DNA of 19,883 nt from Clostridia bacterium (GTDB taxonomy: Bacteria; Bacillota; Clostridia; Christensenellales; Aristaeellaceae), in the NCBI GenBank assembly GCA_045617125.1, contig JAZLIA010000005.1:1-19883 (forward strand). The letters run 5' to 3'. This document shows, in pieces, positions 1-8,394 of the stretch. Under the pieces are notes generated by a model that was given only the letters and a program-made list of their open reading frames with translations, made no database searches and was not told the origin of the DNA. Made by a program: the position numbers and the translations under genes. How positions within the stretch are numbered: position 1 is the first letter of the stretch; each line of letters starts with the position of its first letter.

Positions 1-136
1 AATTCCTGCGGTAGGTACCGCCAAACATGTCGTTGTTGATATATACCGGCTTTTGCTCTCTGCGGGCTGCCGGTACATGAATGACAATGATTACATCACC
101 GTCATGGGTAAACGTTTCGACATCATTTTCATTCAA
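1..136 (-). CDS. Partial AlbA_2 (Schlafen-type, 'divergent AAA') putative DNA/RNA-binding domain protein. It runs off the left edge and may be 5'-truncated.
   Basis: Minus-strand frame with codon tops at 130, 127 and so on reads LLNENDVETFTHDGDVIIVIHVPAARREQKPVYINNDMFGGTYRRN with no stop down to position 1. The segment 'V-I-x-V ... KPVY ... G-T-Y-R-R-N' resembles the C-terminal part of AlbA_2 domains as I recall them. There is no in-frame ATG. The only candidate start is TTG at 136..134, which overlaps the DUF1801 stop (TGA, 135..133) as TTGA. Upstream of 136 the same frame has no AlbA_2-like sequence and hits stops at 233..235 and 248..250. Confidence 0.3.
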   Translation of the reverse strand, partial: MNENDVETFTHDGDVIIVIHVPAARREQKPVYINNDMFGGTYRRN

Positions 137-471
137 TAGATGACCTGAAATGTATCCCGAAACACCCGGGTGAGCAGCTCGCTGTCGATCTCCTGCTTTA
201 CGCCTATCTGCAGCATGCCCTTCGGCGTGAACTTATAGCCGTTGAATTCATCCGTGTGCATCGCAAGACCGGATGCCTCAAGATTGATATGATCCTTGAA
301 CGGGATGATCCGCACAAATCTGTCGCCGCAATAATAGCTTGGCAGCTTTGCCCACAGCTTTTCCTCGATGGGGAGAGGCGCGGCGGATAGAACACGATCC
401 CGGATCCGGAGGAACAGAAACGTGATGCTGTCCGGGTATTTTTGCAAATAGGTTTCCACTTCTGCGTTCAT
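133..471 (-). CDS. DUF1801 (YdhG-like) domain-containing protein, 112 aa
   Basis: ATG at 471..469 is preceded by GAGGAG about 9 nt upstream. The stop is TGA at 135..133. The size and sequence pattern (EVETYLQKYP ... LRIRDRVLSAAP ... EKLWAKLPSYY ... INLEAS) fit the small DUF1801/YdhG family from memory. Confidence 0.7.
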   Translation of the reverse strand: MNAEVETYLQKYPDSITFLFLRIRDRVLSAAPLPIEEKLWAKLPSYYCGDRFVRIIPFKDHINLEASGLAMHTDEFNGYKFTPKGMLQIGVKQEIDSELLTRVFRDTFQVIY

Positions 472-543
472 TTTGTGCTTCTCCTCTTACGGATAACAGA
501 TGATGCCGGTCACGGACGGGCTTATACCGGCTGGAAGATCGCT

Positions 544-1563
544 TCATTCGCTGGAATAGAGGATATCCTGCGCCACGGGGGTGTAGAACAGCTTTTCCGC
601 CCGGTCAAAGTCGCGGGTCTGTCCCAGGATCCACATCAGTTTGGCGACTGCCGCCTCTGTGGTCATGTCAAAGGCTTCCAACAGCCTTAGGGTGCTCTTG
701 AGCCGGCCGCCCACCTGATATATCGCGATATCGCTGCCCTCGTTGGGCACCTGGGTGGTCATCACTATCAGCTTTCCCCTGCGGATGCCCTCAGACAGGA
801 TCTCATACAGGCCATCGTATTCCGGCAGACCGCCCACGCCGAAGCTTTCCACGATCAGGCCATCATAGTGCTCTGTCATGAAGCGCATCTGATCGCCGCG
901 GATGCCGGGGATCAGCTTGATCAGCCCCACGTTTCCGCAAAGCGTGTCGTAAAACACGGGCTGGCCGTCTGTCTCACAGCGGATGTATTGAAGCAGGTGT
1001 CCGTCCTGGATCAGGGCCAGATCGGGATAGTTCACACTGGAAAAGGCGTGAAAGCTTTTGGTGCGGGTCTTGCGTGCCCGCGTGCCCAGGATCACTCTGC
1101 CGTTGAACACGATCTGCACTCCGCCGCAGCCGTGGCATGCGTAGAAGAATGCGTCTGTCAGGTTTTTCTTGGAATCCGTACTGTCAAACCAGATGGGTTT
1201 CTGCGCGCCCGTGAGCACGATCGGCTTGGGGCTGCCCTGGATCAGATAGCTGAGAGCTGCCGCGGTGTAGGCCATGGTGTCCGTGCCATGGCTGATCACA
1301 AAGCCGTCATACCGGTCATAGCTCTCCCGTATAACGCGGGCCACGCCAAGCCAGTGCTCGGGGCGCAGATTTGTGCTGTCCAGGTCGTAAAGGCGGCGGC
1401 AGTCCACCCGGCACAATTCGCCGATCCGGGGGATAAAGTCCAGCAGCTGCTGCGGGTTCAATTCCGGCGTCAGGCCGTCGGGGGTCATTTCACTGGCGAT
1501 GGTGCCGCCGGTGCCGATCATCAGGATATGTTTCATTTTTTCTTCCGGTTTTCCTGTTTTCAT
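544..1563 (-). CDS. ansA: L-asparaginase, type I (cytoplasmic)
   Basis: The N-terminal MKHILMIGTGGTIAS contains the asparaginase TGGTIA catalytic-Thr motif. HGTDTM is further downstream and the length is about 330-340 aa. The stop is TGA at 546..544. The start is ambiguous. The track ORF begins at GTG 1611. ATG 1563 has AAGGG about 8 nt upstream. ATG 1536 (MKHILMIGTGG) best matches the N-termini of homologues such as B. subtilis AnsA. Confidence 0.9.
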   Translation of the reverse strand: MKTGKPEEKMKHILMIGTGGTIASEMTPDGLTPELNPQQLLDFIPRIGELCRVDCRRLYDLDSTNLRPEHWLGVARVIRESYDRYDGFVISHGTDTMAYTAAALSYLIQGSPKPIVLTGAQKPIWFDSTDSKKNLTDAFFYACHGCGGVQIVFNGRVILGTRARKTRTKSFHAFSSVNYPDLALIQDGHLLQYIRCETDGQPVFYDTLCGNVGLIKLIPGIRGDQMRFMTEHYDGLIVESFGVGGLPEYDGLYEILSEGIRRGKLIVMTTQVPNEGSDIAIYQVGGRLKSTLRLLEAFDMTTEAAVAKLMWILGQTRDFDRAEKLFYTPVAQDILYSSE

Positions 1564-1652
1564 GATATTTACCCTTGTTTGCTCTTTCCGGAGGTTTCCA
1601 AAGCGGGTCACTGCCGCACCAAGTATGCCTCCGCGGGGCAGATGACGTATTC

Positions 1653-1681
1653 ATTATCTTCCGGTCTGTTTCCCGTGTCAA
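1653..1681 (-). promoter_or_regulatory. Putative sigma-70 promoter for the asparaginase/DUF1801 unit
   Basis: The minus strand reads TTGACA (1681..1676), a 17-nt spacer, then GATAAT (1658..1653). This lies about 85 nt upstream of ATG 1563. It is a sequence match only. Confidence 0.4.
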
Positions 1682-1723
1682 GCGTGGGAAGCATTCTTGT
1701 TTGGTTGATCGCCCCGGGGCATA

Positions 1724-1752
1724 TTGAAAAACAGGGTCGCCTTTGATACAAT
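1724..1752 (+). promoter_or_regulatory. Putative sigma-70 promoter for the hybrid histidine kinase
   Basis: TTGAAA (1724..1729), a 17-nt spacer, then TACAAT (1747..1752). It lies about 70 nt upstream of ATG 1825 and is back-to-back with the divergent asparaginase promoter. Confidence 0.4.
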
Positions 1753-1824
1753 AACAGGGGATGATCGCATATTCAATCAGAATAGTGATCTTCCGGAAAG
1801 ACAAACACGGCTTGGAGGGCAACG

Positions 1825-4800
1825 ATGAACAGTAAAAATAAACGCCGCCTATTGATCGCAATGATTTCCATATTCATCGTTTTGTTTTCTGCGTGCCTGT
1901 TTGTGCTGATCAGGAGTGCTGAACAGCGCTTTCTGGATTCTGCGCAGATCATTTCCTCTCAGATTGGCAATTTGATACAAAGCAACGACGAAGAGAAGAA
2001 TGAGCTGCAGAGATCGCTGAAGGACGAATACATTTCCAGAGCAAAGGCGTTGGCCTTTATTCTGGAAAAGGAGCCCAAACTGCAGGCGGATCATAACGAG
2101 CTTTGCAAAGTGGCTTCTTTGCTGAATATTGATGAAGTCAACGTTTTCGGTAAAGACGGCCTGATCGCTTACAGCACGGTTCCGGACTATGTTGGTTTCA
2201 GCATTTACAGCGGCGGACAGATCTCCTTCTTTGAGCCCATGATGGCTGATCACAGTTTGGAGCTTTGTCAGGATCTGACGCCGAACACCAAAGAGGGCAA
2301 GCTGATCATGTATGCGGCAGTCTGGCGCAGCGATGATGACAGCCTGGTGGAGATCGGGATCACCCCGGAGCATCTTCTTGAGGCGCTGGAAAGAAACGAT
2401 ATTTCAAAGGTGCTGGATGATATGCCTTTGGAAGATGCTATGTATTTTATTTATGATGCCGATCAGGATAAAGTCGTTTCTTCCACGGAAGCATCGATCT
2501 TCGGTTTGTCAAACGAAGAATTGCCGATCGATTTTGCCGGTGCATCCAACATCATCAGCCGATTTGATATTGATGGAAACGAATATGTTTATACGCTGAC
2601 GGATTCCGAGCAGTACCGGGTCGGAATGTGCGAATCCAAAGACAGTCTTTACCGTAACGTCAGAGTGAGCGCGTTCCTCCTGTCCCTTTTCCTGATCATC
2701 GGCCTTGGGGGGATCTTTATCCTGATCAATGTCATCTCAAAACGGGAAAAGCAGACGGAGCAGAAATATATGAGCGAGCTGCAGGATGCTGCAGGTCAGC
2801 TTTCCAGCTATAAGAGGGCCATCCTTTCCGACGCGCTGATCTCGCTTGAGATCAACTTAAACAAAAACGAGCTTACCTACGGCGTGTGGAAGGATGATGC
2901 GGGAAAAGAAGTTCCGCTGAAGGAAATAATCGGCCTGGATACGCCTTGCAGCTATGATGATTATATCCGGATCTGGAATGAACGTTTCGTCAAAAATTAT
3001 GACGTCAGAGCCTTCTCCAACAAAACCGACAGAGAACACCTGCTTGATACCTTCCGCAGCGGACTTTCGGAAATCACATTTGACTACGAAGCCAGGACGA
3101 TCTCCGGCAGAAGTACGTGGCTGCGCCGCAGCATCTGCATGACGCAGAATCAGTCCGGCGACGTGATCGCCTATACGAGTGTGAAGGATATCTCCGCTCT
3201 TGTGGCTCAGAACAAGCGTGAGGAAGCCTACATCCGGGCGCTTGCCACGGAGTATGACAGCATCACCGTGGTTGGCTTTGAAAAAAACAAAAGCGGCGAT
3301 AAGGTGCTGATCCATAGCCGCATTTCCGAAGATATCTCCGCTCTGATCGATCGTGAGACGGAAAATGAAGAGCATTACAGCAAAAAGCTGGATCTTATGC
3401 TCCGCTTCATTCATCCGGAAGACCGGGAGCAGTTCCGGGCAAATACAAGAAGAGAAAGGATCTTTGAGTCCTTTGCGCAGAACCGGACCCACATCTTGGG
3501 CTTCCGCATTATAAAACTGGACGGGTCGGAGCTTTATTATCAAATGCGCTTTGTTCCGCTCAGGGATGGTGATGACGGAGAGCTGACAGGCATGATCGCC
3601 TGCCTGCGCAACATTGATGACGAGATAAGGAAGGAGTTTGGCATCCGGAAGGAGCTGGAGGATGCGAAGATCGCCGCAGAGGCGGCCAATCTGGCAAAGT
3701 CCACATTCCTCTTCAATATGTCTCACGATATCCGCACGCCCATGAACGCCATTATCGGTTTTACGGATATTGCGGAAAAGCACATCGACGATAAAGATCG
3801 TGTTCTGGAATCCCTTGGAAAAGTGAAGATCTCCAGCCGCCATCTGCTGTCCCTCATCAATGATGTTCTGGATATGTCCCGTGTAGAATCCGGAACCGTG
3901 AAGATCGAAGAAGAACCGGTCTGCCTTGATACGGGGGAAGATAATCTTTTCAGTATCCTGAACGGCAGTGCGGAAGCGAAGAACATTACGCTGACATCCG
4001 TGATCGCACCTTCCGTTGTGCATCACTGGTTCTATGCAGACCGGCTTCGCATGATGCGTGTTCTGACGAACATCATTTCCAACTCTGTCAAGTATACCAA
4101 CCCAGGAGGAAAGATCGACCTGCTGGCAGAAGAACTGCCCTGTGAAAAGGATGGCTGCGCGCATTACCGCTTTACAGTTACCGATACGGGAATCGGCATG
4201 AGCGAGGAATTCCTTGCCCATGTGTTCGAGCCGTTTTCCAGAGCTGAAAGCGCCACGAAGAGCGGTGTGATCGGCACCGGCCTCGGCATGGCGATCACCA
4301 AGTCGCTGACTGAGCTGATGGGGGGCGCCATTGCCATCGAAAGCAGGCTGGGCGTCGGCACAACGGTGCGGCTGGACTTTGATTACCGGATCGCGGAGCC
4401 TGTTTCGAAAAAATCTGAAATTCCGGAAAACGCTCCTATGAATCTCAGGGGAAAAAAGATCCTGCTTGTTGAGGATAACGAACTTAACCGGGAGATCGCC
4501 ACGGAGATTCTGGAAGAGGAGGGCATTATCATCGATACCGCTGAAGACGGAGACATTGCTGTTAAAAAGATGCGCAATGCTTCTGCGGGGCAGTATGATC
4601 TGATCCTCATGGATATTCAGATGCCGAGAATGAACGGTTACGACGCAACGGTGGCGATCAGGAAAATTTCAGATGAGCGTGTCGCGTCGATCCCGATCAT
4701 TGCAATGACAGCAAATGCATTTGATGAGGATAAACAGAACGCGGTGAATGCCGGCATGAACGGCCATATTGCCAAGCCGCTCGATGTGCCGAAGCTGCTG

Positions 4801-4827
4801 GATACACTTTCAGGCATTTTTAAATGA
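1825..4827 (+). CDS. Hybrid sensor histidine kinase/response regulator: TM, extracytoplasmic sensor, TM, two PAS-like modules, HisKA, HATPase_c, REC
   Basis: ATG 1825 has GGAGGG 5 nt upstream. TM1 is about aa 9-29 (LLIAMISIFIVLFSACLFVLI) and TM2 about aa 281-304 (VSAFLLSLFLIIGLGGIFILINVI). The H-box is FLFNMSHDIRTPMNAI, with the His codon at 3724..3726 (H634). The ATPase N/G boxes are NIISNSVKYT, DTGIGM and GTGLGMAI. The C-terminal receiver is KILLVEDNELNREI ... DLILMDIQMPRMNGY, with the Asp codon at 4612..4614 (D930), followed by AMTANAF and the conserved Lys in GHIAKP. Confidence 0.92.
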   Translation: MNSKNKRRLLIAMISIFIVLFSACLFVLIRSAEQRFLDSAQIISSQIGNLIQSNDEEKNELQRSLKDEYISRAKALAFILEKEPKLQADHNELCKVASLLNIDEVNVFGKDGLIAYSTVPDYVGFSIYSGGQISFFEPMMADHSLELCQDLTPNTKEGKLIMYAAVWRSDDDSLVEIGITPEHLLEALERNDISKVLDDMPLEDAMYFIYDADQDKVVSSTEASIFGLSNEELPIDFAGASNIISRFDIDGNEYVYTLTDSEQYRVGMCESKDSLYRNVRVSAFLLSLFLIIGLGGIFILINVISKREKQTEQKYMSELQDAAGQLSSYKRAILSDALISLEINLNKNELTYGVWKDDAGKEVPLKEIIGLDTPCSYDDYIRIWNERFVKNYDVRAFSNKTDREHLLDTFRSGLSEITFDYEARTISGRSTWLRRSICMTQNQSGDVIAYTSVKDISALVAQNKREEAYIRALATEYDSITVVGFEKNKSGDKVLIHSRISEDISALIDRETENEEHYSKKLDLMLRFIHPEDREQFRANTRRERIFESFAQNRTHILGFRIIKLDGSELYYQMRFVPLRDGDDGELTGMIACLRNIDDEIRKEFGIRKELEDAKIAAEAANLAKSTFLFNMSHDIRTPMNAIIGFTDIAEKHIDDKDRVLESLGKVKISSRHLLSLINDVLDMSRVESGTVKIEEEPVCLDTGEDNLFSILNGSAEAKNITLTSVIAPSVVHHWFYADRLRMMRVLTNIISNSVKYTNPGGKIDLLAEELPCEKDGCAHYRFTVTDTGIGMSEEFLAHVFEPFSRAESATKSGVIGTGLGMAITKSLTELMGGAIAIESRLGVGTTVRLDFDYRIAEPVSKKSEIPENAPMNLRGKKILLVEDNELNREIATEILEEEGIIIDTAEDGDIAVKKMRNASAGQYDLILMDIQMPRMNGYDATVAIRKISDERVASIPIIAMTANAFDEDKQNAVNAGMNGHIAKPLDVPKLLDTLSGIFK

Positions 4828-4876
4828 TCCTGCATGATCTCACTATAAAACACATGCTGTTTCGGAGGGATCCCAT

Positions 4877-6544
4877 ATGCTTGAAGTTCGCGTTTTGTCT
4901 CCCATGGCCAGCGTTTTTCCAGACCAGTGTCCCGAATTCGCTGTGCCCCGTTTTGAAGGGTTCCGAAATGAAACCGTCTCCTTTCAGCTTGCCTGGCGCA
5001 AACGGAAGGGGGATGCCTTGCCGAGCTGGGCTGCGATCAGGCTGGAGGTTTCTTCCGATGCCGCTGTTTCGCTGCGGATCCGTAAAGTGAAAACCGTGCC
5101 TGTTCGCTTTTCGGCGTTTGAGAATGCGGATAATAACTATCTGCGCGGCGGGAAGCCGGGCCTTTACCCGGATCCGTTGACCGAAATTCCGGAGCATGGG
5201 CTGCGGATGGCTCCCGGAACGGTCAGCGGTGAATTGTGGAATCATGTATGGTGCGACTTTGAACCCGGCGTGGATTTTTGCCCGGGGCACTATGACATTG
5301 TTTTTTCATTTACTGATGATGATACGGGGGAGGTGTACGCGAGGCAGAATATCCGGCTGGATATTTTGGACGCGGAGCTGCCGCCCCAGAAACTTCAGCA
5401 CACAAAATGGCTGCATACCGACTGCCTTTCCGCTTATTATCATGTTCCTGTGTTTTCAGAAGAATACTGGCGCATTACGGAAAACTATATCCGCTGTGCT
5501 GTCCGCCGCGGTATCAATATGATCCTGACGCCTATTCATACTCCGCCGCTGGATACGAGGATTGGGGCCTGCCGCCCTTGTGTGCAGCTTGTCGAGATCA
5601 GATATGATGGGGAGAAGTATTCATTCGGCTTTGAAAAGCTTCACCGATGGGTGGAAATGTGCCGTCGGTGCGGCGTTGAATACTATGAAATGGCGCATCT
5701 TTTTACGCAGTGGGGCGCAGCCGCAGCTCCCCAGATCCGCGCTGTCACACAGGAGGGCGAAAAACAGATCTTTGGCTGGGACACTCCCGCGGATGGAGAA
5801 AAGTATACCTCATTCCTCCATGCCTATCTTCCGGCGCTGTATGACGAACTGGTAAAAATGGGCATCGCTGAGAAATGCATTTTCCATATTTCAGATGAGC
5901 CGTCTCCGGAGCACCTGGACCGGTATATGCTAAACAGGATGCTTGTTAAGACCTGCATTCCCGAAGCCCGGTGCTATGACGCGCTGAGCAACATTGCTTT
6001 CTGGGAAGCGGGAGCGGTGGAGCATCCCGTGCCTGCCATCGACCATATCCAGCCCTTCCTTCAGGCCGGGATCCAGGAGCTGTGGACTTATTACTGCTGC
6101 ATGCAATGCGAGGATGTGCCCAATGTGTTCATCACCATGCCGGGAGCGAGGATCCGGGTGCTTGGGCTTTTGCTTTACCGTTTCAACATTGCTGGTTTCC
6201 TTCAGTGGGGCTTCAACTTTTATTATTCCAGATATTCCGATTATCTGATCGATCCCTGGATCGATACGGACTGTGACGGCTTTATTCCCGCGGGAGACGC
6301 CTATCAGGTCTATCCCGGAAAAGACGGGGAACCGGTGGAATCCATCCGGCTGATGCTGATCCAGGAAGCAATGCAGGATCTTCGCGCTCTGCAGCTGCTG
6401 GAAAGCAAAATCGGAAGGGAGAAAACGGTCGCACTGATGGAACGGGAGCTGGGCCCGCTTTCATTTACTGAGTATCCAAAGGATGAAAACAGCTTGACCG
6501 CATTCCGTCATAGGGTCAACACTGAAATTCTGAAATATACATGA
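4877..6544 (+). CDS. DUF4091 domain-containing protein, glycoside hydrolase family 123-like
   Basis: ATG 4877 has GGAGGGA 6 nt upstream. The protein is 555 aa with no N-terminal signal peptide. The overall pattern (WLHTDCLSAYY, GINMILTPIHTPPLD, FHISDEP, FLQWGFNFY) matches my memory of DUF4091/GH123 proteins. The Asp-Glu pair in HISDEP (codons 5894..5899, D340/E341) sits about where the GH123 catalytic pair is reported. Confidence 0.65.
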   Translation: MLEVRVLSPMASVFPDQCPEFAVPRFEGFRNETVSFQLAWRKRKGDALPSWAAIRLEVSSDAAVSLRIRKVKTVPVRFSAFENADNNYLRGGKPGLYPDPLTEIPEHGLRMAPGTVSGELWNHVWCDFEPGVDFCPGHYDIVFSFTDDDTGEVYARQNIRLDILDAELPPQKLQHTKWLHTDCLSAYYHVPVFSEEYWRITENYIRCAVRRGINMILTPIHTPPLDTRIGACRPCVQLVEIRYDGEKYSFGFEKLHRWVEMCRRCGVEYYEMAHLFTQWGAAAAPQIRAVTQEGEKQIFGWDTPADGEKYTSFLHAYLPALYDELVKMGIAEKCIFHISDEPSPEHLDRYMLNRMLVKTCIPEARCYDALSNIAFWEAGAVEHPVPAIDHIQPFLQAGIQELWTYYCCMQCEDVPNVFITMPGARIRVLGLLLYRFNIAGFLQWGFNFYYSRYSDYLIDPWIDTDCDGFIPAGDAYQVYPGKDGEPVESIRLMLIQEAMQDLRALQLLESKIGREKTVALMERELGPLSFTEYPKDENSLTAFRHRVNTEILKYT

Positions 6545-6560
6545 TCCATAAACGGAACAA

Positions 6561-6606
6561 ATGATGAGGGACTGTGCGGCAGCCCCCTTATCATTTTCGG
6601 CTTTTT
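6561..6606 (+). terminator. Rho-independent terminator downstream of the DUF4091 gene
   Basis: ATGATGAGGG (6561..6570) pairs with CCCTTATCAT (6585..6594) as a 10-bp stem with one G:U pair. TTTCGGCTTTTT follows. Confidence 0.6.
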
Positions 6607-6615
6607 ATGTTTTGG

Positions 6616-6645
6616 TGGACAGATGGGTCTTTTCTAATATATAAT
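6616..6645 (+). promoter_or_regulatory. Putative sigma-70 promoter for prfC
   Basis: TGGACA (6616..6621), an 18-nt spacer, then TATAAT (6640..6645). This implies a 5' leader of about 135 nt before ATG 6787. Confidence 0.45.
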
Positions 6646-6786
6646 AAAAAAGCTGTGTGTTCACGTCCGTTCCGGGCGGACAGCGGCAAAGCGGAGGCTG
6701 GAATGTAGGTTTTTTGAGCAGAGAAAAGGATCTTTCGGTGCGGAAAACGCGCCGGGAATGTATATAGAGGATGAGGAGCAGAAATC

Positions 6787-8394
6787 ATGTCTGAATTGAA
6801 GAATGCGGTGGAACGCCGCCGCACCTTTGCCATTATATCTCACCCCGATGCCGGTAAGACCACGATGACCGAAAAGCTGCTGCTTTACGGCGGAGCCATC
6901 CGGCAGGCCGGCAGTGTGAAGGCACGCCGTGCGGAACGCCACGCCACCTCCGACTGGATGGAGATCGAAAAGCAGCGCGGCATTTCCGTTACCAGCAGCG
7001 CCATGCAGTTTGAATTTGACGGATATCATATCAACATTCTGGATACCCCGGGCCATCAGGATTTCAGCGAGGATACCTACCGTGTGCTGGTGGCGGCGGA
7101 CAGCGCCGTCATGATGATCGACGCGGCCAAGGGCGTGGAGGAGCAGACGGTGAAGCTGTTCAAGGTGTGCCGTATGCGGGGCATTCCCATCTTCACTTTT
7201 GTGAACAAAATGGACCGTGCCGCCAAGGACCCCTTTGAGCTGATGGAGGAGATCGAGAGGGTGCTGGGTATCCGCGCCTGCCCTGTCAGCTGGCCTATCG
7301 GGGTGGATGGTGATTTTCAGGGAGTTTATTTCCGGGATGAAAAGCATGTGGAGCTTTATTCCGGCGGCGATCATGGCCGCAACAAGGTACAGAAGACCGT
7401 GATAAATCTGGATGATCCCGCCCTGGAGGGCGCGCTGGATCAGCACTACCGCGACCGGCTGCGGGATGAGATCGAACTATTGGATGAAGCCGGCGATCAG
7501 TTTGATCTGAACGCGGTGCGCCGGGGCGAACTGACTCCCATGTTTTTCGGCTCTGCCATCACCAACTTTGGCGTGGAGCCCTTCCTGAACCGTTTCCTGC
7601 GCTACACCCTGCCCCCTCTGCCCCGGGAGAGCGACACGGGCATGGTGGGACCGGATGACGAGCGCTTCAGCGGCTTCATTTTCAAGATCCAGGCCAACAT
7701 GAACCCTGCGCATCGGGATCGTCTGGCCTTTCTGCGCGTGGTGAGCGGCGTGTTTGACAAGGGCATGACCGTGTGGCATTCCGGCACCAATAAGGAGATT
7801 CAGGTGAAGCAGCCCCAGCAGTTCATGGCGGATGAGCGCGAAGGGGTGGAGCAGGCCTTCCCCGGCGACATTATCGGCCTGTTTGATCCCGGCATCTACC
7901 GTTTGGGCGACACGCTGTGTGTGGGACGGAAGCTGCGGTTTGAAAAAATACCGGTGTTTGCCCCGGAACGCTTTGCGCGAGTGCGTCCGCTGGACAGTAT
8001 GAAGCGCAAGCAGTTTGTGAAGGGTATCACTCAGTTGGCTGAGGAAGGCGCGATACAGACCTTCCGCCGCGATGAGACCGGCATGGAGGAATTTATCGTG
8101 GGCGTGGTGGGCGAATTGCAGTTTGACGTGCTCACTTATCGGCTCAAGAGCGAATATGGGGTGGATCTGGTGATGGACAGGCTGGATTACCGTTTCGTAA
8201 GGTGGATCACCTCTTGCCCCGTGCAGGATTATGCCGATCTTCAGCTTACCTCCACCTCCGGCCGCGGCTATGACAGCCGTGAAAACCGGGTGCTGTTTTT
8301 TGAAAATGAATGGTCCATCCGTCTGGCCGGCGAAAAGAACAAGGGGCTTGAGCTGACGGATATTGCCCCTAAGGAAGCGGATAAACAGAAATGA
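6787..8394 (+). CDS. prfC: Peptide chain release factor 3 (translational GTPase)
   Basis: RRRTFAIISHPDAGKTTMTEKLLLYGGAI (G1 P-loop), DWMEIEKQRGISVTSS, LDTPGHQDFSEDTYR (G3) and FVNKMDR (G4) are near-collinear with E. coli RF3. The protein is 535 aa. GAGGAG lies about 9 nt upstream of the ATG. Confidence 0.96.
   Translation: MSELKNAVERRRTFAIISHPDAGKTTMTEKLLLYGGAIRQAGSVKARRAERHATSDWMEIEKQRGISVTSSAMQFEFDGYHINILDTPGHQDFSEDTYRVLVAADSAVMMIDAAKGVEEQTVKLFKVCRMRGIPIFTFVNKMDRAAKDPFELMEEIERVLGIRACPVSWPIGVDGDFQGVYFRDEKHVELYSGGDHGRNKVQKTVINLDDPALEGALDQHYRDRLRDEIELLDEAGDQFDLNAVRRGELTPMFFGSAITNFGVEPFLNRFLRYTLPPLPRESDTGMVGPDDERFSGFIFKIQANMNPAHRDRLAFLRVVSGVFDKGMTVWHSGTNKEIQVKQPQQFMADEREGVEQAFPGDIIGLFDPGIYRLGDTLCVGRKLRFEKIPVFAPERFARVRPLDSMKRKQFVKGITQLAEEGAIQTFRRDETGMEEFIVGVVGELQFDVLTYRLKSEYGVDLVMDRLDYRFVRWITSCPVQDYADLQLTSTSGRGYDSRENRVLFFENEWSIRLAGEKNKGLELTDIAPKEADKQK

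Noticed and set aside
1-6. The window begins with AATTC (an EcoRI-type half-site) and ends exactly on the rpoB ATG
   Set aside because: These are most likely coincidences of how the window or contig was cut. Nothing in the sequence suggests a cloning junction or mobile-element end.
1564-1611. 16-codon N-terminal extension of the asparaginase ORF starting at GTG 1611
   Set aside because: Homologues start a few residues before the TGGTIA motif, and the ATGs at 1563 and 1536 have better RBS context. The true start remains uncertain between those two.
2857-4221. 454-aa minus-strand ORF inside the histidine kinase gene; also 1849..2373 (minus, inside the kinase gene), 868..1746 (plus, opposite the asparaginase), 4820..5290, 6661..7446, 8268..8762, 8763..9146 and 9273..10553 (all minus), and 11794..12171 (plus, opposite the upstream CHR gene)
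   Set aside because: By coordinate arithmetic all of these lie in codon register antisense to well-supported genes with clear family motifs. None has a recognisable domain or a credible RBS.
6787-8394. Possible programmed frameshift in a release-factor gene
   Set aside because: The +1 frameshift is a feature of prfB (RF2). This gene is prfC (RF3) and reads as one uninterrupted 535-aa frame.
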